A stretch of DNA of 36,621 nucleotides, taken from NCBI GenBank assembly GCA_020341875.1, contig CP070839.1, forward strand, positions 2,360,001 to 2,396,621. Reading direction: 5' to 3'. Below are positions 16,658 through 23,806 of the stretch, piece by piece. The first letter of the stretch is position 1; the number at the start of each line of letters is the position of its first letter. The notes beneath the pieces are model-generated. The model saw only the letters and a list, made by a program, of their open reading frames with translations, was not told the DNA's origin and ran no database searches. The stretch comes from Candidatus Zixiibacteriota bacterium (lineage in GTDB: Bacteria > Zixibacteria > MSB-5A5 > SM1-73). The position numbers and the translations under genes are program-made.

Positions 16658-17545
16658 ATGAAGAAAAAAACTGCGGCAGCAGGGATGCTTCTGTTGATTC
16701 TGGTTTTGTTTGCCACGTCACGAGGAGACGAAGCCTGGCAGAAACACCTGAATTTGGATCTGACCGTAACGCAAAACTCCTACTCGGACAACTGGGCTGG
16801 AGGAGAGGCGAGCAACGTCAACTGGGTGGCTGCCGCAAACTCCGGCTTTGAGAAGCAGCTTTCTGAAATGATAAGCTCCAAGACCACGATCAGGCTTGAG
16901 TTCGGCCAGACTCACAACCAGGATCCGGAGACAAAAGAGTGGGCCAAGCCGGTCAAATCCACCGACGAAATTGACATCGAAACGTTGGCGAGCTTTGCCC
17001 TGCTCAGGTGGGTGGATCCATACCTCGCCGTCAGGTTCGAAAGTCAATTCTTGGATGCCAGCTATCCCGCGCTGAAAAGATATGTCAACCCCAAGTGGGT
17101 AACCGAATCGGCAGGAATTTCCCGGCAATTCTACGAGACGGACAAGAACGAGATATTCTCACGACTTGGCCTTTACTTAAGACAGATCATTACGGAAGAT
17201 ATCGTAGATACGACTTCGAGAAGGACCGAGATCAATTCGACCAACGATGGAGGAATTGAATCTGTAACCGATGCGAAACTCACCCTCTCTGATAAGGTCT
17301 CCTATACCTTGCAGCTAACACTCTACAAGCCCTTGGTCTTTTCGGAGTCTGGTAAGTTGGAGGGGACTTCTGAGGAGGATTACTGGAAAGAGGTGGACGT
17401 AAACTGGGAGAACACCATCTCCGCCGCCATCAGCAAGTACGTAACCGTATCGCTGTACATTCAGTTGCTCTACGATAAAGAGATCGCCAAGAAAGGGCGC
17501 TTCAAGGAAACCCTCTCGCTGGGATTGACCTATAAGTTATTCTGA
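16658..17545 (+). CDS. Outer-membrane beta-barrel protein, DUF3078-like
   Basis: 295-aa ORF with GAGGAGGG Shine-Dalgarno and a signal peptide. The WQKHLNLDLTVTQNSYSDNWAGGEASNV motif resembles the DUF3078 N-terminal signature as I remember it. Amphipathic strands alternate, and the C-terminus ends in LGLTYKLF with a terminal aromatic residue. Confidence 0.6.
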   Translation: MKKKTAAAGMLLLILVLFATSRGDEAWQKHLNLDLTVTQNSYSDNWAGGEASNVNWVAAANSGFEKQLSEMISSKTTIRLEFGQTHNQDPETKEWAKPVKSTDEIDIETLASFALLRWVDPYLAVRFESQFLDASYPALKRYVNPKWVTESAGISRQFYETDKNEIFSRLGLYLRQIITEDIVDTTSRRTEINSTNDGGIESVTDAKLTLSDKVSYTLQLTLYKPLVFSESGKLEGTSEEDYWKEVDVNWENTISAAISKYVTVSLYIQLLYDKEIAKKGRFKETLSLGLTYKLF

Positions 17546-17574
17546 GCGGACTTCCCCGGGAGAGACTGCTAAGG

Positions 17575-17791
17575 ATCGTAAACGAAAAGCGGTTATTGGA
17601 GTGTCAAGCCTGTTCTTATTAGCTTTTTGAAGTGACAGATTCCCATCAATGCCGGGAGTAACAGCATTTTAGAATCCCCCTCAATCCCCCTTTTTCAAAG
17701 GGGGAAGAACACGAATTCCCCTTTCGTAAAGGGGGATTTTTGACAACCGGTCAAGTACTTAGATGTGTCCGTACTCAGACGCGTTTACGAT
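17575..17791. repeat. Inverted-repeat-bounded element carrying two G/C-tract palindromes (REP/MITE-like)
   Basis: ATCGTAAACG (17575-17584) and CGTTTACGAT (17782-17791) form a 10-bp inverted pair. Inside lie CCCCCTTT-TTC-AAAGGGGG (17686-17704) and CCCCTTT-CGT-AAAGGGG (17718-17734). The second palindrome is followed by ATTTTT, so it may also terminate the upstream + gene. Confidence 0.4.
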
Positions 17792-17867
17792 ATGCTCGAA
17801 GCAATCAAGGCGTTACCACTCTATTTGACAGATTTGACGCTCTCGGAGAATCCAGAGGAGCCCGCTT

Positions 17868-18809
17868 CTATTCCAAGGGGCAGCCGTTGACGTCCACCGT
17901 GGTCCCGGGCGGAGTCAGAGGGCACTTATCCAGCCCGTCGTAAATCCCGTCGCCGTCCGAATCTAAGGGACAGCCCCTTTCATCCACCAACGCTCCTCTG
18001 GGAGTGTCGGCACAAGCGTCGACTCTGTCGGACACCCCATCCTCATCCGAATCCTTTAGCTTTCCAAAATAATAATTGAAGCCGATGAACACTTCCAGGG
18101 TTGCCTTGGGCAAATCCAACTCACCCTGTCTGGGCCCGGCTATGTCTTTCGATCCTTTGAAGTCAGTCAGGAGATGGCTGAGAATGCGAAGCCTTGTGCC
18201 AAAATCCAGACCCCACCTCTCCTTGATCCGGTACTCCAGCCCTCCGCCCAATGAGAAGGTCAGTTCCTGGTCCTTCAGGTCAAAGGGATTTCCGCTTATG
18301 TCGAGTGCCTCGACAGCTTGTCCCTCACTGTTCTTCACGTTCCAGAAAGCCATCCCCACCCCTCCGAAAAGATAAGGATTCGTGCGCTCCCAGGGTCTGA
18401 AACCATAGATCAGTGAAAGGTCAAGCCAAATCTGGGTGGATCGGCTGCCGCCATCCTTTCTGGAGAAGGAGAATCCCGCTCCACCCCCGAGTTTGCCGGA
18501 GAGGTCGGCCTCCCAGGTTTTTGCGTAGGATGCAGAGAGACCCACCGAGAGCCTTTCCTTAAGGTCATACTTGAAGAACAAGGTACCAAGGCTTCCCACC
18601 GTGTTGCTGTCTGAGCGTTCGGTGAGCCCCAATTTCCAGATGCCCCCCCGCAGTCCCAGTGTAAATCTCCGGCTGTAATCCTGCCCACAAACGGAAGAGG
18701 CCGACAGACAGATGCCGACAACTAATAGACAGATCAGGAGACTCTTGCGCACTTGAAAACCCTCGGAACAGAGGTTCTCCAGCAGGTGACTCCTCAGTCT
18801 ATATAACAC
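17868..18809 (-). CDS. OmpA-like outer-membrane beta-barrel with C-terminal thrombospondin type-3 (calcium-binding) repeats; no OmpA_C peptidoglycan-binding domain
   Basis: 313-aa ORF. The more likely start is GTG 18752 (VRKSLLICLLVVGICLSASSVCGQ signal), with GAGGG 7 nt upstream. Barrel strands include FTLGLRGG and FSLGGGLEYRI. The tail reads DSDEDGVSDRVDACADTPRGALVDERGCPLDSDGDGIYDGLDKCPLTPPGTTVDVNGCPLE and then stops. Confidence 0.7.
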   Translation of the reverse strand: MLYRLRSHLLENLCSEGFQVRKSLLICLLVVGICLSASSVCGQDYSRRFTLGLRGGIWKLGLTERSDSNTVGSLGTLFFKYDLKERLSVGLSASYAKTWEADLSGKLGGGAGFSFSRKDGGSRSTQIWLDLSLIYGFRPWERTNPYLFGGVGMAFWNVKNSEGQAVEALDISGNPFDLKDQELTFSLGGGLEYRIKERWGLDFGTRLRILSHLLTDFKGSKDIAGPRQGELDLPKATLEVFIGFNYYFGKLKDSDEDGVSDRVDACADTPRGALVDERGCPLDSDGDGIYDGLDKCPLTPPGTTVDVNGCPLE

Positions 18810-18939
18810 CGGGCTGGCGGCATTGTCAAGGGAATTCCCCCCCTGCGGAGCCGTAGCCTGAAAGGCTCGGCCGGAAGCACCTGTCCAAAAGACCGTTCTC
18901 GCCTCTCGTCGCCTTTCTCAAAAAATCAGTCGCGATTAG

Positions 18940-19578
18940 ATGAAAAATGTCTATCTTACACCCGGCCAGAGCGTTTTGAATAAACCGGAGACCTACGTGT
19001 ATATTGACAAAGAAGAGAAGACCGACGAAGACCGGGAGTTGATCCTGCAACTTAAGAGGGGTAAGATGAAAGCCTTTCGGAAGCTGGTGGAGAAATACAA
19101 AAAGCCCGCTTTCTTCATCGCCCTGGGATTGGTGGGCAACCGGGAAGACGCATACGATATCTCCCAGGAGGCGTTCACTCGGGTTTACACCAGTTTGGGC
19201 AGGTTCAACCCGCAACATAAGTTCTTCAGTTGGTTTTATGCCATACTGAGTAACCTGTGCAAGAATCATCTGAGAAGCCGGGAGATTCGCGGAAGATATA
19301 TCAGAAGCGTTGACGATGACGCCGAAATGAGCAGTCAGACGAACCCGGCGCCTGGTCCGGACGTCCTGATGGAGAGAAACGAAAGAAGCCTCAGGCTGTG
19401 GGAGGAGATCTCGGAACTGCCGCTCGAGTTCAAGGAGATAATCATTCTGAAACATTTTCAGGGGTACTCTTACAAGGAGATATCCCAGATGCTGAATATC
19501 CCGTTGGGAAGCGTGATGTCCCGGCTCTACTATGCCAGAAAGAAACTTAAGGATAACTTAAAGGACATTCTCACTTGA
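18940..19578 (+). CDS. ECF-type RNA polymerase sigma factor (sigma-70 family, group 4)
   Basis: Region 2 reads ELILQLKRGKMKAFRKLVEKYKKPAFFIALGLVGNREDAYDISQEAF and region 4 reads ILKHFQGYSYKEISQMLNIPLGSVMSRLYYARKKL. The start may instead be GTG 18997, which has GGAGA 6 nt upstream. Confidence 0.88.
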   Translation: MKNVYLTPGQSVLNKPETYVYIDKEEKTDEDRELILQLKRGKMKAFRKLVEKYKKPAFFIALGLVGNREDAYDISQEAFTRVYTSLGRFNPQHKFFSWFYAILSNLCKNHLRSREIRGRYIRSVDDDAEMSSQTNPAPGPDVLMERNERSLRLWEEISELPLEFKEIIILKHFQGYSYKEISQMLNIPLGSVMSRLYYARKKLKDNLKDILT

Positions 19579-19585
19579 GGTTTGT

Positions 19586-20032
19586 ATGAAGTGTGAAGAG
19601 GTGAAGCCCTATCTGATGTCTCACTTAGACGGCGAAATCGAGCCGGAGAAAAGATCTGAGATAGAAAAACACTTAGAGGAATGCGAGGATTGCACAAAGG
19701 AGTACCAGGCTTTCGTTAAACTCAAGCAGGAGACGGACAAGATGAAACTTGCGGATTTATCGGACGAATTGTGGAACGGTTACTGGAAGGGAGTATACCG
19801 GCGAATAGAACGGGGAGTAGGATGGATATTCCTTTCCATCGGTGCCATAATTCTGCTGTCCTTCGGCGCCTATCAGTTCTTCAAGGAGCTCCTTGCCGAT
19901 CCCAACATCTCATTGATCGTCAAGATCGGAGTGTCAATTGGGGCACTGGGAGCCATAATCCTCCTGGTATCCATAGTCCGGGAGCGGCTGTTTCTCTGCA
20001 AGACCGAAAGATACGGGGAGGTGGAGCGATGA
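19586..20032 (+). CDS. Anti-sigma factor, zf-HC2 type, two transmembrane helices
   Basis: MKCEEVKPYLMSHLDGEIEPEKRSEIEKHLEECEDCTKEY carries the H-x3-C-x2-C anti-sigma zinc motif. Two hydrophobic helices are separated by only KELLADPN. GAGG Shine-Dalgarno is present. Confidence 0.82.
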   Translation: MKCEEVKPYLMSHLDGEIEPEKRSEIEKHLEECEDCTKEYQAFVKLKQETDKMKLADLSDELWNGYWKGVYRRIERGVGWIFLSIGAIILLSFGAYQFFKELLADPNISLIVKIGVSIGALGAIILLVSIVRERLFLCKTERYGEVER

Positions 20033-20343
20033 TAATCAGCACATCAAATGACATACCCGGCAGGAGGATGGTCAAAACGCTGGGATTGGTCAAGGGGAAC
20101 ACCATCCGGGCCCGCCACATAGGAAGGGACCTTATGGCGCTGCTTCGACACATGGTCGGCGGTGAGGTGACAGACTACACCAAGATGATGGCGGAGTCAC
20201 GGGAACAGGCCCTGGATAGAATGTTACAGGAAGCCCAGAAGCGGGGGGGAAACGCGGTCATCTCCTTGCGATTCTCCACCTCCTACATCATGTCCGGGGC
20301 CGCGGAGATACTGGCTTACGGAACCGCTGTCGTCGTCGAATAG
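20029..20343 (+). CDS. YbjQ/UPF0145-family protein (putative heavy-metal-binding)
   Basis: MIISTSNDIPGRRMVKTLGLVKGNTIRARHIGRDLMALLRHMVGGEV..Y..MMAESREQALDRMLQEAQKRGGNAVISLRF matches the YbjQ family pattern. ATG 20029 overlaps the anti-sigma stop codon as ATGA. The track ORF 19771..20343 is the same frame extended upstream without support. Confidence 0.8.
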   Translation: MIISTSNDIPGRRMVKTLGLVKGNTIRARHIGRDLMALLRHMVGGEVTDYTKMMAESREQALDRMLQEAQKRGGNAVISLRFSTSYIMSGAAEILAYGTAVVVE

Positions 20344-20410
20344 CGAAATTCGGTCTTCGAGCAATCTCGGTCTGCGTCTGGAGAGCAACAACTTCAAGCA
20401 ACGTTGTCGC

Positions 20411-20580
20411 GGGATACCCTTCAGGGTGAACCCTTCAGGGTGAATCCTTTCAAGGTGTCCGTCGATCCTGAAGATCTTCCTTCGACACTGAGTCTCAGTG
20501 CGAGGCAGGACGAAGTGCAGGATCGAGGGGAATCCCTTCAGGGTGAACCCTTCAGGGTGAATCCTTCAGGGTGAATCCTT
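20411..20580. repeat. Two clusters of a 14-nt tandem repeat (ACCCTTCAGGGTGA) flanking a palindromic core
   Basis: Cluster A has units at 20416-20429 and 20430-20443 plus a degenerate unit at 20444-20458. Cluster B has units at 20532-20546, 20547-20560 and 20561-20574 plus a partial unit at 20575-20580. The 39-nt blocks 20411-20449 and 20528-20566 are near-identical. In the core, TCGATCCTG (20462-20470) pairs with CAGGATCGA (20518-20526), and the core also contains GAAGATCTTC and CACTGAGTCTCAGTG. Confidence 0.85.
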
Positions 20581-20644
20581 ACCACGCGACAGTCGTGCCG
20601 GGTTTGAGACACGAGCACAAAATAACCCAGTGGGGGTGAAAAAA

Positions 20645-20719
20645 ATGATTTGGAAAATCCTGGCGATCATATTATTTATTTATTCAATAGTCAAGGTATT
20701 GCTGATTTTCATCAAGTGA
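20645..20719 (+). CDS. Candidate 24-aa hydrophobic micro-protein (MIWKILAIILFIYSIVKVLLIFIK)
   Basis: Below the ORF-track size cutoff. GGGGGTGA (20632-20639) lies 5 nt before ATG 20645. The peptide is a single predicted TM helix with Lys at positions 4, 17 and 24. Its AT-rich codons (ATA, TTA, TTT, ATT) are unlike the neighbouring genes. Confidence 0.4.
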   Translation: MIWKILAIILFIYSIVKVLLIFIK

Positions 20720-20778
20720 GGCTCAGGAGCAAGGCTTTCTCCCTATAAGATCGCTGATTGAAGAAATCGGACTCTAGA

Positions 20779-22353
20779 ATGAAACTCGTCACCTCTTCCC
20801 AGATGAGAAATATCGACAAGAAGACCATCGAGGGGATCGGCATCCCTGGATTGGAGCTGATGGAGAAAGCCGGAAAGGGCACTGCCCAGGTGGCGAAAAG
20901 GATGCTGGGAGAGCCTGATGGCAGGGCGGTAGCCATATTCTGCGGGCGAGGCAACAACGGGGGCGATGGATTCGTGGTGGGCAGATACCTGTCCCAATGG
21001 GGTGCCCAGGTTCAGTTCTTCTTGACCGCCAAGAGAACCGACCTCAAGGGCGACGCGAAGACAAACCTGGAAAAGGCTGTGGATCTGGACTTGCCTATTA
21101 TGGAGATCATGAATGAAGAAGAGATTCCCTCCCAGATAAAAGCTGACCTGGTCGTGGACGCTCTGTTCGGCACCGGCTTTACCGGTGAGATAAAGGGCTA
21201 CATGAAAGACATCATTGATAAGATAAACTCCTCCGGCATACCGGTTCTCTCCGTGGACATTCCTTCCGGTCTTCACGCCGACACCGGCCAGCACACCGGG
21301 CCTTGTGTTAGGGCAGACCGAACTGCGACTATGGCTCTGCCCAAGATCGGACACTTCGTCTTTCCCGGCAAAGCCATGTCAGGGAAGGTGTCGGTGGTCG
21401 ACATCGGGGTCCCGGAACATGTGGTGGAGGAAGAAAACATTACTCTGAACCTGATCGCCAAGGAAGAGGTCAGGGAGATGATTCCACAGCGGCCGGGCGA
21501 CGCATACAAGGGGACGTGCGGGAGAGTGGTCCTGATAGCCGGATCCACCGGCTTGACCGGAGCCGCGGTTTTGGCTTCTTTATCCTGTTTGAGAGCCGGA
21601 GCGGGAATGGCCATTCTGGGTACCCCCAAGACCCTGGACCCGATCATGGAAATGAAGATGACCGAGGTGATGACCCACCCTCTGCCGGATGTGAGGAAGA
21701 AGGGAGCTTTGGCTCTGAGGGGTCTGGGGGAGATTAGAGAACTCTTGAAATGGGGAGATTGCTGTGCCATCGGTCCGGGTCTGGGGCAGCATTTTGAGAC
21801 CATCGAACTGGTCCAGAGGCTGGTGAGCAAGCTGAAGATGCCCACGGTGATAGACGCGGATGGGCTAAACGCCTTAGCCAAGAACGTGTCGGTGATAAAG
21901 GAATGCGAAGCGCCATTGATCCTCACTCCCCACATCGGTGAGCTTTCCAGACTCAGCGGAATACCGATTTCTGACATCGATAAAGACAAGAGAAAACATG
22001 CCTCTGACTTTGCCGAAGAATACAACTGTGTTTTAGTCCTCAAAGGCGCGCCCACCCTAATCTCGGAGCCGGGAGGTCAAACCTACGTCAATCCGACTGG
22101 CAACGCCGGCATGGCAACCGCCGGCTCAGGGGACGTTTTAACCGGAATTATCGTGGGACTCCTGGCTCAGATGTTGATGCTGGAAAAGGGTGGAGACATA
22201 AAACAGATCATGTTGGACTCCTCCCTCTCCGGTGTGTACATTCACGGGCTGACCGGAGATCTGGCAAGAGAGGAAAAAGGGGAGATGGGTCTAATAGCCG
22301 GAGACATGATGGATAAGACTCCGGCAGCGCTGTTGAAAACTGTCAGCGGATAG
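20779..22353 (+). CDS. nnr: Bifunctional NAD(P)H-hydrate repair enzyme (epimerase / ADP-dependent dehydratase)
   Basis: The YjeF_N part has MKLVTSSQMRNIDKKTIE and GRGNNGGDGFVVGRYL. The YjeF_C part has KGTCGRVVLIAGS.GLTGAAVLA and AGSGDVLTGII. I prefer ATG 20779 over the track TTG 20758. Confidence 0.92.
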   Translation: MKLVTSSQMRNIDKKTIEGIGIPGLELMEKAGKGTAQVAKRMLGEPDGRAVAIFCGRGNNGGDGFVVGRYLSQWGAQVQFFLTAKRTDLKGDAKTNLEKAVDLDLPIMEIMNEEEIPSQIKADLVVDALFGTGFTGEIKGYMKDIIDKINSSGIPVLSVDIPSGLHADTGQHTGPCVRADRTATMALPKIGHFVFPGKAMSGKVSVVDIGVPEHVVEEENITLNLIAKEEVREMIPQRPGDAYKGTCGRVVLIAGSTGLTGAAVLASLSCLRAGAGMAILGTPKTLDPIMEMKMTEVMTHPLPDVRKKGALALRGLGEIRELLKWGDCCAIGPGLGQHFETIELVQRLVSKLKMPTVIDADGLNALAKNVSVIKECEAPLILTPHIGELSRLSGIPISDIDKDKRKHASDFAEEYNCVLVLKGAPTLISEPGGQTYVNPTGNAGMATAGSGDVLTGIIVGLLAQMLMLEKGGDIKQIMLDSSLSGVYIHGLTGDLAREEKGEMGLIAGDMMDKTPAALLKTVSG

Positions 22354-22516
22354 AACGGATCAAACGGATTATCGTAGGAGTGAATTTATAGAGATATCGC
22401 GGGTCAAAGCAACTGTAACCATGAAAGTTTTGAGACCCTCACCCCGAAACACGGTTATGTCCCCTCATCTTAATCCTCTCCCCGGAGGGGAGAGGAAAAA
22501 ATCCGCTGAATCCGTT
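22354..22516. repeat. Inverted-repeat-bounded element with central 9-bp-stem G/C palindrome (REP/MITE-like or structured RNA)
   Basis: AACGGATCAAACGGATT (22354-22370) versus AATCCGCTGAATCCGTT (22500-22516) are complementary at 14 of 17 positions. The internal palindrome is CCTCTCCCC-GGA-GGGGAGAGG (22475-22495). The element starts 1 nt after the nnr stop codon. Confidence 0.45.
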
Positions 22517-22572
22517 GACAGCCCAAGGGAGCTTGGCAAAATCGTATCTTAGTGTAAACGAAGGGGAAAAAC

Positions 22573-23769
22573 GTGCGGGCTGAGACTGCTAGGACGATTA
22601 AGGCGATTTCAAAGAAGATATTCCCGAAGTTGGTAAGGCTCAGAAGAGAGTTTCATCAATATCCTGAATTGTCCTACGAGGAGTTTAAAACGTCCGAGAG
22701 GGCGGCAAGAGAGCTACGTAAGCTGGGTATTCCGGTGAAGACGGGCATCGCCAAGACCGGAGTAGTCGGACTTCTCACCGGAAAGAAAAAGGGCAAGACT
22801 GTAGCTTTGCGGGCGGACATGGATGCTCTCCCCATTCAGGAACAGACAAGCCTTCCCTGCAAGTCAAGAAACAAAGGGGTGATGCATGCCTGCGGGCACG
22901 ATGTGCACATGACCTGCGTGATCGGAGCAGCCATGATTCTCTCGCAACTGAAGGAGGAGATAAGCGGAAACGTGAAATTCATATTTCAACCCAGTGAGGA
23001 GTATATCCCTGGAGGTGCGAAGCCGATGATCCAGGCCGGTGTGCTGGAAAAACCCAAGGTCTCCGGCATATTCGGACTACACACCGAACCGGGAATTCCG
23101 GCCGGCAAGATTGGCGTGAAAGATGGTCCCCTCATGGCTCAGGTGGACGATTTCGATATAGCTATATCAGGCAGCAGCGGACACGGGGCCAGACCCCATC
23201 AGGGGGTGGATGCCATAGTGGTCGCCTCACAGTTGATCCAGGCTTTGCAGACTATACCTTCGAGGATGATAGATCCCGTCGAGCCGGTGGTGGTGAGTGT
23301 GGGCAAAATTGAGGGGGGAACCGCACGTAATATTATATGTGACAGGGTGACCTTAAAGGGCACAGCCCGGAGCTTAAGCAAGGAGGTGGCGCGAAAGATC
23401 CCGGCTCTTCTGAAGAGTGTAACTGCAGGAGTTGTAAAGAGCGCCGGAGCATCTTTTGAGTTGAAATACTCTCCCGGTTACCCTGTGTTGATGAATCATC
23501 CCCGGGAGACAGATCTGGCCCGGGGTACCGTCGCCAGGATGTTCGGAAAGCGGGCCATATTCGAGATCAAAAAGCCGGAGATGGGCGCAGAGGATTTTTC
23601 CTACTTCCTGCAGAAGGTCCCCGGCACGTTCCTGAGATTGGGAATAAGAAATCCGAAGAAGCACGCAGTCTATCCCTGGCATCATCCCAGGTTCACCGTG
23701 GATGAGAACGTCATTAATATCGGCGCCGCGGTGCTGGCCGGTGTGGCTTTTGATTTCTTGAACCGTTAG
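22573..23769 (+). CDS. M20D-family amidohydrolase (N-acyl-L-amino-acid amidohydrolase / hippurate hydrolase-like)
   Basis: Motifs are FHQYPELSYEEFKTS, ALRADMDALPIQE, MHACGHDVHMT and GARPH.GVDAI. GTG start is preceded by GAAGGGG. Confidence 0.85.
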   Translation: MRAETARTIKAISKKIFPKLVRLRREFHQYPELSYEEFKTSERAARELRKLGIPVKTGIAKTGVVGLLTGKKKGKTVALRADMDALPIQEQTSLPCKSRNKGVMHACGHDVHMTCVIGAAMILSQLKEEISGNVKFIFQPSEEYIPGGAKPMIQAGVLEKPKVSGIFGLHTEPGIPAGKIGVKDGPLMAQVDDFDIAISGSSGHGARPHQGVDAIVVASQLIQALQTIPSRMIDPVEPVVVSVGKIEGGTARNIICDRVTLKGTARSLSKEVARKIPALLKSVTAGVVKSAGASFELKYSPGYPVLMNHPRETDLARGTVARMFGKRAIFEIKKPEMGAEDFSYFLQKVPGTFLRLGIRNPKKHAVYPWHHPRFTVDENVINIGAAVLAGVAFDFLNR

Positions 23770-23806
23770 TTGAAGAGGTAGGTCTAACCTGAAGCCTACC
23801 AGCAAA

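Noticed and set aside
19771-20028. Upstream extension of the YbjQ frame (190-aa track ORF), overlapping the anti-sigma gene in another frame
   Set aside because: The extension has no family similarity and overlaps the well-supported anti-sigma TM region. Family-like sequence begins exactly at ATG 20029, which forms an ATGA stop-start overlap.
20411-20580. CRISPR array interpretation of the repeat clusters
   Set aside because: The repeat units are only 14 nt and directly abut with no spacers. No cas genes are present in the window.
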